NCBI RefSeq assembly: GCF_963921235.1
Contig: NC_086097.1
Location: forward strand, 22,694,001 to 22,758,000
DNA length: 64,000 nucleotides
Direction of reading: 5' to 3'
Origin: Mobula hypostoma
Lineage: Eukaryota
The translations under genes were made by a program, and so were the position numbers. Positions 1 through 10,713 of this stretch are shown here, one piece after another. The notes beneath the pieces were generated by a model. It saw nothing but the letters and a program-made list of their open reading frames with translations, ran no database searches and was not told the origin of the DNA. Each line of letters begins with the position of its first letter. Positions within the stretch are counted from its first letter, which is position 1.

Positions 1-13
1 CACTATTAAGTGT

Positions 14-400
14 GTTACTGCCTGTTACCCATTGGCATTTAGGGCATTTAATGAAGGTCCTCCATCTCTGGTGGTGTTCAGGGCTACCTTTGTCATGTCA
101 GTAGCTTCCTCTGGGTGTTCACCACTGTCAGTCATGCAAGTCCAGGGTGGATACCGTCACACTCAGACGTGGAAGGATCCTTCTTGATGTTTCTGTAACA
201 ATTTTGTTTAACCAGTCAGGGCTGTTAGTTCTGAGCTGAACCGCCAACCCTAGAGGACTGGCAGACCACTCTTAGTCTGGCTTCTACCCTTTGGCCTGTT
301 TGGCATGGGTGACCCTACCAAAAGCCAAAGCATAAAGCCCTGACTCCAACCAACACAGCTCTCTGGTCATTAAGGCTCTAAACCACGACAAGGTTGTGGC
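14..400 (-). mobile_element. Non-autonomous bipartite RTE-derived element (RTE 5' UTR fused to RTE 3' end)
   Basis: Minus strand begins CAACCTTGTCGTGG...AATGACCAGAGAGC...GGTAGGGTCACCCATGCCAAACAGG, resembling Rex3/Expander RTE 5' UTRs. It ends TGGAGGACCTTCATT..GCCCTAAATGCC, RTE 3'-end-like. No RT coding sequence lies between. Confidence 0.6.
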
Positions 401-880
401 TTTCCATTTTGTACTGTGATAATAAATTTTACTTTGAACTCTAAATGTGATAGTCCTTTCATGCATCTTGTACTTCTGTAGTTTTTTCTTGCTAAACTTG
501 GGTCAGGGAGGTGGCATGAATTGATTTAGGCAAATTACACTTTAAGGACTGCAGCTACAGAGTTACCGAATTTACTCTGGGGAATATTGGTGAAGCAAAT
601 TGTTTCAGAGTCTAGCTTCTTAATTGTCCTTGGGATTGCAGTCATCCAAGTAAATACTCCATCACAGACATGACTTGAGTCATTAGAGAGGAGAGAGCCT
701 TGGAAAGGCTCGGAATAGAAAGATAGTTGATTTCTTTCAGCCACAATTAAGATGATTGCTGAATTACTAATACAGTAACCAATGGTGAACATCAAAATGC
801 GCTGATTGATGATGTGTACTAATGAGGTAATAATACTAATAATGAGAAAAAAATAATATTAAAAAATGGCACAGTCTGTC

Positions 881-1559
881 CATAAGACCAGAAGACTTAA
901 GAGCAAAATTAGGCCATTTGGCCCATCAAGTCTGCTCCGTCATTTGATCATGTTTGATTTACTGTCCAGCTCAACCCCATACTCCTGCCTTCTCCCATAA
1001 CCTTTGATACACTTACTAATCAAGAAACCTCTGCTTTAAATATGCCCAATGAATTGGCCTCCACAGCCATCTGTAGCAATAATTCCACAGATTCATCACC
1101 TTCCAGCTAAAGATATTCTTTTTCATCTCTATTCTAAAAGGATGTCTTTCTATTCTGATGCTGTGCCTCTGGGCCGAGACGTTCCCATTGTAGGAAACAT
1201 CCTCTCCAGATCCACTGTGTCAAGATCTTCCAATATTCGATAGGTTTCAATGAGATTCCCCCGCTCATTCTTCTAAACTCCAGCAAGTACAGGCCCAGAG
1301 CTATCAAATGCTCCTCATTGGTTAATCTTTTTATTCCTGGAATCATTTTCGTGAATCTTCTCTGGACCATCTCCATTGCCAGCACATCCTTTCTCAGGTA
1401 AGAGACACAAAACTGCTTCCAATACTCCAAATGTAGTCTGACAATTGCTTTATAAAGTCATAGCTTTGCATCCTTACATTTATATTCTAGTCCTCTCAAA
1501 ATTAATGTTAATGTTGCATTTGCTTTCCTTACTACTGACACAACCTGCAGATTAACCTT
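881..1559 (-). mobile_element. CR1 LINE 3' fragment
   Basis: ORF 1134-1430(-) reads VQRRFTKMIPG...LGLYLLEFRRM (CR1 ORF2 C-terminus); CATAAGAC-type tail at 881. Confidence 0.9.
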
Positions 1560-1649
1560 GTCTTGGGCAGATCAATGGTAGGTACAGTGACTAAATGTAG
1601 GAATGCCAATAATACATTTCCTATTGTATATCAATGCAGTACTGTACAA

Positions 1650-1915
1650 CTACTGTGGGCCAAGTGGTTAAGGCATTGGACTAGCAACCTGAAGGTCGTG
1701 AGTTCGAGCCCCAGCCGAGGCAACGTGTTGTGTCCTTGAGCAAGGCACTTAATCACGCATTGCTCTGCGATGACATTGGTGCCAAGCTGTATGGGTCCTA
1801 ATGCACTTCGTGGAGAGGGGAGACTTGCAGCATGGGCAGCTGCTGGTCTTCCATACAACCTTGTCCTGGAGAGGGTCTCGCAAGACTAACGGATGCTTTT
1901 ACTTTACTTTTACCT
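1650..1915 (+). mobile_element. tRNA-derived SINE, internally deleted copy
   Basis: A box GGCCAAGTGG, B box GTTCGAGCC (1702-1710), CORE-like GTGTCCTTGAGCAAGGCACTTAA, (TTTAC)n tail, 10-bp TSD TACTGTACAA (1640-1649 and 1916-1925). Confidence 0.85.
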
Positions 1916-2092
1916 TACTGTACAAAACTTTGATAAAGAACTTTGTGAGTAATTGAGGATAAGTCATAAATCTTTAAGAGTATTAGACTAGATTTATTAA
2001 TCACATGTACATCAGGACATACAGTGAAATGCATCACTTGTGTCAACACTGACACGCCTAAGCATTTGCAAGGGGGCAGCCCACACATGTCG

Positions 2093-2377
2093 TATAGTTC
2101 CATGGTGGTTAACACAGTGCTTATCAGTACCAGTGACCCAGGTTCAATTCCCACCGCTGCCTATCAGGAGTTTGTACATTCTCCCCGTGACTGTTTGGTA
2201 TTTCCTTTGTGTGCTCTGGTTTCCTCCCACAGTCCAAAGACATATCGGTTGGTCAGTTAATGGGTCATTGTAAGTTGTCCTGTGATTTGGTTAGGGTTAA
2301 ATCGACAGTTGCTGGGATGCTCTGCTTGAAGGGCCGAAAGGCCTGTTCCGCACTGTGCTCAATAGATTAAATAATAA
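2093..2377 (+). mobile_element. HE1-like V-SINE; further copies near 7640-7900(+), 8770-8985(+), 16740-16975(+), 18090-18247(+), 21060-21255(-)
   Basis: tRNA-like head (GGTTCAATTCC) and V-domain GGAGTTTGTACATTCTCCCCGTG...GGTTTCCTCCCACAGTCCAAAGA. This copy splits a repeat at about 1985-2092 and 2378-2600. Confidence 0.8.
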
Positions 2378-3659
2378 ATGCTACCGCACATTCCGGCACC
2401 AAGAAAGTGTGGCAGCCTTACTACACACAACCAACATTCAACAAGCAACAACAACGACAAAACAAGTCCCTTTTCCATACTGCCACCCGGCCTCCAATCT
2501 CCAGTCCTCGTCCCAAGCCTCGGACTCGCAGACATTAGGTCTCTGACCTCCAAATTTGCCAGCCCAGGGGCTTCACCAGACTCACTGTCCCCAGAGCTTT
2601 GACCACCGATGGAAAGAATTTCCTTTAAGGAGAAGGGCAGCAGATCATGGGGAATAAAGTGAGGATGACATGATTGAACATTCATGTCAGGCTTTTCTTG
2701 GACATACCAAAAATGGTGGAATAACTCTTGTTCTAAACATTCTTCTTGTTTGTAGCTTACTTCAACTGCATAAGATAAAGCTCTTTTAACAATTAGAATT
2801 GATGTAAGTTATGGTGACAGGTTAGCAGTGACTGGGGATATAGTGGTGTGCTGCTCATGAAGTGCTGATGAAAGCTGTCTAACCATGCCTTTACATCTGG
2901 GAATAAATGAAGAATAATTGGTGAAAAGTGGTTTAAAAATCTATCTCCTCTTTTGTGAAGGTCAAGATCAGGAGAGCTACTAATTGACTTGACACAGATG
3001 GGGAACCTATTGGGAGAACATTGAGGATTTAAGTAGAATATTGCTGAATACTGTCTAGCGTCTGGTGAGTCTGGTGTGACTATACATAACACGGTCAGAG
3101 AACTGTACTTTAAAATTGATTTGACAACTCACATTGTGTATCATTTCTGAAGGATTTTGTTTTCCTCATTTGAATTTGCCTTGGAATTAGTTAGTGGTTG
3201 GGGAATGAGGATGTAATGTGAATTTTATTTTTCTTGTGGGTTTCAAGATTCAAGGTTTGAGATTATTTAATGTCATTTACTGTACGCAGGTGTAGTGAAG
3301 AACAAAGTAATTGTTTCTCTGGATTTTATGCGGCACAAAAATCCACAATAAGACAAGCAACACATTAATAATAATAAATAACACAATATTTAAAAATACA
3401 TAAGATACATAGATTGATTGTATATCCATAACGTGACGCTAGGTATAGCAGGGTCTGCACAGAAGGTGACTCAGATGGGAAATGATAAAATAATCATCGT
3501 TTGGGGTGTGGGAGGTTGAGTTAGTGTGTGGAGGTGTTGATCAGCCTTGCTGCTTGGGGTAAGTAACTGTTTTTGAGTCCAGTCATCCTGGCATGGATGC
3601 TATGTAGCCTCCTCACTGATGTAATAATAATTTTGCTCTTATCCAGGGTCTGAAATAGA

Positions 3660-3975
3660 TAAAGGTTATCTTTAGTTGTCACGTGTACATCGAAACATGC
3701 AGGGATATGTGATGTTTGTGTTTACAACCCATCAAAGGCTGCTTGGTGTAGCTTGCAAGTGTCGCCACACACTCTGGCACCAACATAATGTGCCCATAAT
3801 GCTTGGCAAAACAATGCAGAGCACAAAAAGCAACAAAACAACAGCAAAACTAGCCCCTTTCTTCCCTCCCACCCACCCTCACACATACACAGTCCTTTAA
3901 TCCCAGGACCGGCCTCCAGCATCCAGCCTGCAGCAGATTTGGGCCTGCAGAAACAGGATTTCAACCACCCCAATG
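3660..3975 (-). repeat. Abundant non-coding repeat family with a Rex1-like 3' tail; other copies near 1985-2600, 20085-20500, 29060-29480, 38075-38245, 41700-41890
   Basis: Shared motif ACATCGAAACA.ACAGTGAAATGC...GGGGGCAGCCC.CAAGTGTCGCCAC recurs across the window; no ORF. Confidence 0.65.
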
Positions 3976-4616
3976 GACCAAAATGTTTTATGTTTCCAAG
4001 ATCTTTCTTTCCCTGAGCATTTTCAATGTGTTGGCTAAATGTTAAATTGTGAACTATATCTTACTCAGAGTGGTACAATTGAAAATTCTGCTATTTGAAC
4101 TTTACTGTAGAGCTCTGAAGAACACGGGCTTAAACAAACAGTGTTACAAGTTTGTTAAATTTTGGAATGTTTGACTTGAGAAATGTGTGGGAACTAGGTC
4201 TCCTGCTTCCAAGCTGTGCTGGCTTGATCCTCACTCGGACCTCACCAGCAAGTTCAGGGAGTGAACATGTTTACAAATAAAAGGTAATTGATGGTCTGCA
4301 TATCGGATTTCACACATTTCTGGGATGTTAAATGTCTTGTATTTAAGCTATGCTGGAGTAACTTCAAAATCATCATGAAGTACTTCGAACAGCTGGTAAT
4401 GACACACATCAAAAACTCCATTCCTGCCACATTGGGCATTCACTAGTCGTACGCTTACCGACAGAACTGCTCTATGGAAGATGCCAGAGCATCTGGCCCT
4501 GGCACACCTAAAAACAAGGACACACTTATGTCAGAATATTGTTTCTGAATTTCAGTTTGGCGTTCAACGCTATTGTCCCAGTCAAAACTGTGCAATGGAT
4601 CACTGGACAAACCTAT

Positions 4617-4851
4617 TGATGCACCATCAATAACTCCAAAAGACTGGAAGTAGAGTAAATGCTGAAAGGCTTTTATTCGCAGTAAAATGTGACCTCCATC
4701 ATGCTGAGTGTCTGCCCCTGGACTGAGGAGGAGGAGCAATGGCGCAATCGCCTTTATTCAGGGCTCTGTGTGAGGAGCCACAGGAGCAGTCAGCAGAGGG
4801 GCGCGTCCAGACAGGTAACCCAGTTACAACATACATATATGGTTTACCACA
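4617..4851 (-). mobile_element. Solo LTR (235 bp), family A
   Basis: TG...CA termini, 5-bp TSD CCTAT/CCTAC, AATAAA on the minus strand; homologous to 33873-34100. Confidence 0.85.
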
Positions 4852-5379
4852 CCTACCCACCATCGAGGGCATATATACAGAAAGGTACTGAAAAAGGGCC
4901 AATAACATCATGAAGGATCCCACTCACCCTGCTCGTGGACTATTTGTCCCACTCCCATCAGGGAGGAGGCTATGTAGTTTCTACTCCAGGGCCACTGGAA
5001 TAAAAAAAAATTACTTTCCACAATCAGTAAGACTGATCAACACCTCCACCCACTAACCCACCCCTCCACACCCCCAATCACCACTACTTTATCATTTCCA
5101 TCAGTCACCTTATGTACAGGTAATCCTGTGCCTACGGTTTTTTTTTATGCTCATAGATAGCCCATCACCCAGGACGTGCCCTCTTCTCTTTGCTACCATC
5201 AAGGAGAAGGTTTAAGAGCCCTAAGGCACACACGCAACGTTTCAGCAACAACTTCTTCCCTTCTGCCATCAGATTTCTGAATGGATATTGAACCCATGAA
5301 CACCATCCCAGTAATTTATTATCCTCTCTTTTGCATTCTTATTTCATTTAATTCTCTTTTTTATCTTGTCTTCTTATTG

Positions 5380-5686
5380 GGCATGTGGCCAAGTGGTTAA
5401 GGGATTGGTCTAGCGACCTGAGGGTTGTGAGTTCGAGCCCCAGCCGAGGCAAAGTGTTGTGTCCTTCAGCAAGGCACTTAACCACACATCGCTCTGTGAC
5501 GACACTGGTGCCAAGCTGTATGGGTCCTAATGCCCTTCCCTTGGACAACATTGGTGTCGAGGAGAGGGGAGACTTGCAGCATGGGCAACTGCCGGTCTTC
5601 CATACAACCTTGCCCAGGCCTGCGCCCTGGAGAGGACTGAAGACTTTCCAGGCGCGGATCCATGGTCTCGCAAGACTAACGGATGC
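5380..5686 (+). mobile_element. tRNA-derived SINE, fuller copy (tRNA head, CORE-like segment, RTE-derived body and tail)
   Basis: A box TGGCCAAGTGG, B box GTTCGAGCC, 7-bp TSD CTTATTG (5373-5379 and 5687-5693); same family as 1650-1915. Confidence 0.85.
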
Positions 5687-6547
5687 CTTATTGTAATTTA
5701 TAGTTTTTATTACTATGTGTTGCAATGTACTGCTGCCGCAAACCAAGAAATTTCACGACATATGCCAATGGTATTAAACCTGATTCCAATTCTGACCAGT
5801 CTACGTATTACAAACTGTCTAATGTATTTTTAACGATTGTGATTTTTTATTATTGTGTTCTTTTTCTAGTTTTGTTTTTTTTTGTGCTGCATCGGATCCG
5901 AAGTAACAATTACTTCATTCCGATTTACACTTGAGTACTGGAAATGACATTAAGCAATCTTGAATCTTGAACCTTATTTAAAAAAAAAGACCGTCCTGGA
6001 GAGAAAGGAAAATACAGGGCAGGGGTAATTCTTGCTTCACTCCACCCAATTCCAGCAAAATTGTTAAAGAAGGTATATGTCACCATATACTACCTTGAGA
6101 TTCATTTGCTTGCAGGCATTTACTAGAAAAAAATTGCACTATAGAATTTATGGAAAGCTATACATAAAGATTAACAAACAAATAACAAACAATGTTTAAA
6201 AGGAGACAAATTGTCTTCACAGGTCAAAGTACATTTATTATCAAAGTATGTATACATTATACAACCTTGAGATTCAGCTCCTTACAGACAGCAAAAAAAA
6301 AACTTTAAAAAAGTCAAACACCCAATGTGCAGAGATAAGTAAAAACACAAATCATGCAAACAAATAATGCTCTGAACTGAAGAGAGTCCGTCCCCAGACC
6401 CTTAGTTCAGTGCAGAGCCGAGTAAGCGTAATGGAGCAGCAAGCTTAACTGGCCCATCCCTCACCTCAGGCCTTGACACCCTGACCTTTTCAATCTGGCC
6501 AAGCACCTAAATCATCATCCAAATATCGGGGTCTGTTGCTTCTGTGC

Positions 6548-7170
6548 AAATTGGCCTTCATCAATCGTGGGATTGAGTTTAGGAGCCAAGAGGTAATGTT
6601 ACAGTTATATAGGACCCTGGTCAGATGCCACTTGGAGTACTGTGCTCAGTTCTGGTCGCCTCACTACAAGAAGGGTGTGGAAACCATAGAAAGGGTGCAG
6701 AGGAGATTTACAAGGATGTTACCTGAATTGGGAGCATGCCTTATGAGAATAGTTTGAGCAAACTTGGCCTTTTCTCCTTGGAGCGACAGAGGATGAGAGG
6801 TGACCTGATAGAGGTGTATTAGATGATGAGAGGCATTGATCATGTGGATAGTCAGAGTCTTTTTCCCAGGGCTGAAACGGCTAGCACGAGAGGGCACAGT
6901 TTTAAGGTGCTTGAAAGTAGGTACAGAGGAGATGACTGGTAAGTTTTTTACGCCGAGAGTGGTGAGTGCATGGAATGGGCTGCTGGTGATGGTGGTGGAG
7001 GCGGATACGATAGGGCATTTTAAGAGACTCCTGGACAGGTACATGGAGCTTAGAGAAATAGAGGGCTATGGGTAACCCTAGGTAATTTCTAAAGTAAGTA
7101 CATGTTCGGCATAGCTTTGTGGGCTGAAGGGCTTGTATTGTGCTGTAGGTTTTCTATTCTATTCTATTCT
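6548..7170 (+). mobile_element. CR1 LINE 3' fragment
   Basis: ORF 6536-6757 reads LAFINRGIEFRSQEVMLQLYRTLVRCHLEYCAQFWSP; (TTCTA)n tail. Confidence 0.92.
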
Positions 7171-8080
7171 AAATATAATAGAAACAAACAAATATCTAAA
7201 AATAGACAATCAATAGATAGATGAATGAATAAGCTTGAAGAGCCACTCAATGTTTTAGGAACAGCTTCTTCCTCTCCGGCATCAGATTTCTGAACGATCC
7301 ATGAGCTCTACCTTGGTATTCCTTTCTTTGCACTATTTATATATTTTTGTAATTTATAAAAATGTGTATGTCCTAGTGCTATACTGCTGCTACAAAACAA
7401 CAAATTTCACTTCAGATAAGCCAAGTTCTGATTCTGAAATGAGTGTCAGACACACTGATTACATCTTTGTGTGAATAAATGAGTCATGCATAGAATTGCA
7501 TAGTCCACTTTGTGGAGGGCAGGACTTTAATCAGGAACAGTTGGAATTTTTGTTGAAACGCAGCTCTTTTTTGAGTCAATAGCTATTTTTACAGAATTAA
7601 ATCTCATCGCCGCTTGCAAAAATTCATCTGTCGTTAGCTTGATGTTGCCACCTCAGTTAATCCCGGGTCACTTCCTCCCGCTGTCTGTAAGGAATTTGTA
7701 CGTTCTGCCTGTGAAGGTGTGGCTTTCCTCCAGGCGCTGCAGTTTCCTCCCACATTCCAAAGACGTAGCTGCTGGTTGGTATGTTAATTGATCATTGTGA
7801 ATTGTCCCTTGATTAGGTTCAGATTGAATTGGGGATTGCTGGGCGGTGTGAGTTGAAGGGCAGAAGGGCCTGTTCTGTACTATACCTCAAGAAACAAACA
7901 AACAAATAATAAATAGTAGAGTGAGAGTATTGCCTGTGAGTGAAAGACTGTATTGCCTTTCAAAGCCAATGCCTCAATCCCTCATAATTAATATCTATTA
8001 ATTTTTACCCGTTCAATGTTTTTTACAGTCACAACACACTGGAGGAACTCAGCAGGTTGGGCAGCGTCCATGGAAACGAT

Positions 8081-8118
8081 CAGTCAACGTTTCGGGCCGG
8101 AACCCTTCGTCAGGACTG
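8081..8118 (-). ncRNA. Minimal type-I hammerhead ribozyme motif
   Basis: Minus strand CAGUC-CUGACGA-A-GGGUUCCGGCCC-GAAA-CG-UU-GACUG: stem I CAGUC/GACUG, intact core, palindromic ACGU in place of helix III. Confidence 0.8.
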
Positions 8119-8130
8119 AAGAGGGAAGGG

Positions 8131-8168
8131 CAGTCCTGACGAAGGGTTCCGGCTCGAAACGTTGACTG
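8131..8168 (+). ncRNA. Minimal type-I hammerhead ribozyme motif
   Basis: CAGUC-CUGACGA-A-GGGUUCCGGCUC-GAAA-CG-UU-GACUG; intact core and stem I. Confidence 0.8.
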
Positions 8169-8316
8169 ATCGTTTCCACGGATACTGCCCGACCTGCTGA
8201 GTTCCTCCAGCGTGTTGTGAGTGTTGCTTTGACCCCAGCATCTGCAGAGTATTTTGTGTTTACAATATTTTTACAGCACTCATCTTGGCTGTATCAGGTA
8301 ATGCAAACACAAAGTA

Positions 8317-9123
8317 ACACACACAAAATTCTAGAAAAACCCAGCAGGTCAGGCAAGATCTATAGAGAGGAATTATGAGTTGATGTTCTGGGCTGACACC
8401 CTTCATCAGGATTGGGAAAGAAGTGGGGGGGGGCAGTGGAAGAAGCAAGAATAAGAAGGTGGGGGAAGGGAGAAGCAGTACAAGCTGGCAGGTGATTGGT
8501 GAAAACAGGTGGGGGGATGGTAGGTGGGTGGGGGAGGGAGGATGAAGTGCAAAACAGAGGTGATAGGTGGAAGTCGTAAGGGCTGAGGAAGAAGGAATCT
8601 GAGAGGAGAAAAGAGTGGATGAAGGGAGAAAGGGAAGAAGGAGGGCACTAGAGGGATGTGATAGGCAGGCGAAGAGAGCAGAAGGGGAGGGATGGCAGAG
8701 TGGGGAATAGAAAAGGAGGAGTGGGGAGAAGTTACTAGAAATTGGGTGGAATGGTAGCATATCCATACAGTGGCAACAATCTGGGTACAATTCCCACCAT
8801 TGTCTGTGAAGAGTTTGTGTGTTCTTCCCCTGACTATGTGGGTTTCCTCCAGGTGCTCCAATTTCCTCCTATATTCTAAAAATGTGTGGGTTAGTAGATT
8901 AATTAGTCTCACGGGTGTAATCCGGTGGCATGGGCTCATTGGACCATGAGGGCCTTGTCATTGTGCTGTATCTCTAAATAAAAAGGAAAGGAATAAATCC
9001 ACTACCTGGACTGAATATGAGATGTTGATCTTCAAACGTGAGGACTCACCATGGCAGTGGAGGAGGCTATGAGCCAAGATGTCATAATGGGAATGGGGAG
9101 CAGAATTAAAATAGTTGGCCACC
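8317..9123 (-). mobile_element. Penelope-like element 3' fragment (Neptune-like), interrupted by a V-SINE
   Basis: 9000-9123(-) encodes VANYFNSAPHSH...LLHCH (PLE endonuclease C-terminus remnant); pyrimidine-rich 3' region; decayed hammerhead near 8378-8413. Confidence 0.7.
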
Positions 9124-9914
9124 ATTAATATTAATGGTAACCCAAGTTAGTCACAAGGCATCCCCGAGGAGCCCCTGGCACTTACTGTCCACCTAATATT
9201 TGGACCCAGGTTTGTTAAATAACATTATCATCGTTAAGGGTGGTGTGTCTTCCAATAGCATGAAGTTTATAACTAAATTAGTTCTTTGTTTCAGTCTTGG
9301 TAATCCAGTGACCTGAGCCAAGCTAGTATATAATACCCCGGGGCACAATGCATAATTAATCAGTCAAACTCACTGATGGCCAAGGGGGTCTTAATTTATT
9401 AGCACTCGTGTTGTAGATTACTCTTTGAAACAAATGCATAATGAAGAGAATGGTTCTGATCAAACAAGCTACAAGAATTTCATTTGTCTTTGTATTCTAT
9501 TCTGAAGCTTACTAAATTAATTAGCATTTGATTTAATGAGTGCAAATATTAAAACAAAACTTTGCAGGTGCTTAAACTGTGAAATAAAAACCCAATTATA
9601 AGGACAAGAGAGTCTGCAGACACTGGAAATCAGAGAAACACGCACAATGGTTTTTTTGTCTGAATTTCACAGCAAATCACAAGGGGAGCAAAGCAGAGTT
9701 AATGTTTCAGATGAGTGCCTTTTCATTGGAATTGGGACAGGTTAGTGAAAAGCAAGCATTTTCCATGGAGAGTGGGAAGAGTTGCAGACAATCTTTATGA
9801 ACGTCCTTAATAGGAGAAATTAAATGACTGAAGCTGCTGTCTGTGGCTGCCCATGTTGAATGGTTACCTGTGTACGTCTGCATGACAAAGTCAGTATTTA
9901 GATGGTCCTGAATA

Positions 9915-10648
9915 TTGGTAGCTCAGTCTGAAGCGTTTGATGTTGTGGTATTCACTGAGCTTGGCAATTAGCTTGCAGACGTTTCATCACCCATCGAGGT
10001 GACATCCTCAGTGCACAGTTGTTGGTGTTTCTCTCTGGGAGTGTTCACATTTACATAGGCCTCTGTTTGCATGCCTCGCCTCTGACTGGCCACCCCTTCA
10101 GTTGACCTTTGAATTCTACTGGCTTGTGTTTCTTTGGCACTTGGGGGTTCATAGGTGACAACTATTTTGATATATTTGCTTACGGAGTTATCAAAAGAGA
10201 ACCACACTTCTAGAAGTTCTGGTGCCTGCTTCATGTTTACCTGTGCCAGACCCTCCGTGGTGCCTCAGTTAAAGTGGTGTCCTTTTCGGTCTTCATGTAC
10301 GGAGCTCAGCGACAGTAGATCATGTCTCCGTACCGACAGTTTGTGTTTCTGTAAACAAGTTGAGAGTTTACGGCCTGTCTGGCCAGTGCAGTTCTTGTTG
10401 CAGTCTCCATAGCTGAACCTGTACACCACATTGATCTTGTCGGTTGTGTTTACTGGACAGCCGACAAAAAGGAGAGAAAGTTGTGCAGAGCTTACTCGGT
10501 GTGCATTGAAACGCATGTCCTTCATCAAGGATATCTCAGGAATGGCAGCTTGGCTGTTCAAATCTCACCATATCGCAATCGCTCACAAGCCAACCGCAAC
10601 AGTAGGAAGCTTGAACAAGAACCATGGTACCAGCAAAGACAAAATTAC
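9915..10648 (-). mobile_element. Penelope/Poseidon-like element 3' fragment with GIY-YIG endonuclease remnant and inverted 5' segment
   Basis: ORF 10265-10561(-) reads NVVYRFSYGDCNKNCTGQTGRKLSTCLQKHK (GIY-YIG). Plus-strand 10460-10648 encodes the upstream linker FIKDISGMAAWLFKSHHIAIAHKPTAT...KDKI. Confidence 0.85.
9974..10015 (-). ncRNA. Minimal type-I hammerhead ribozyme motif in the PLE terminal repeat
   Basis: Minus strand UGCA-CUGAGGA-U-GUCACC-UCGAUG-GGUGAU-GAAA-CG-UC-UGCA; 6-bp stem II and GUC cleavage triplet. Confidence 0.82.
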
Positions 10649-10650
10649 TA

Positions 10651-10713
10651 CAGTACTGTGCAAAAGTCTTAGGCACATATAACTTGGGTGCCTAAGACTT
10701 TTGCACAGTTCTG
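10651..10713. mobile_element. Tc1/mariner-type MITE (63 bp)
   Basis: 26-bp TIR CAGTACTGTGCAAAAGTCTTAGGCAC (1 mismatch) with TA on both flanks; degraded relative near 11093-11175. Confidence 0.85.

Larger units (their letters stand above)
4360..5972 (+). mobile_element. Degenerate Rex1/Babar LINE hosting nested insertions
   Basis: 4380-4600 encodes a remnant FEQLVMTHIKNSIPATL...AYRQNCSMEDA (Rex1 RT start); (AATCTTG)n tail at about 5956-5971. Confidence 0.7.
8029..8262. mobile_element. Palindromic PLE-derived insertion carrying two oppositely oriented hammerhead motifs
   Basis: 90-bp inverted arms 8029-8118 and 8131-8220, 12-nt spacer, about 40-bp extra tail, approximate TSD CAATGTTTTTTACAG / CAATATTTTTACAG. 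Confidence 0.85.

Noticed and set aside
1655..1725. Apparent tRNA gene (also 5380-5450)
   Set aside because: No complete acceptor stem; it continues into a SINE body with tail and TSD.
5500..5580. GGTGCCAAGC...GGAGAGGGG resembling twister ribozyme loops
   Set aside because: P4 does not close as in twister, the pseudoknot partner mismatches, and no correctly placed UAA cleavage loop is present; a simple long hairpin explains the sequence.
8260..8939. Long Pro/Ser/Leu-rich ORFs (also 11915-12220 and 24445-24965)
   Set aside because: Artefacts of pyrimidine-rich PLE UTRs and microsatellites.
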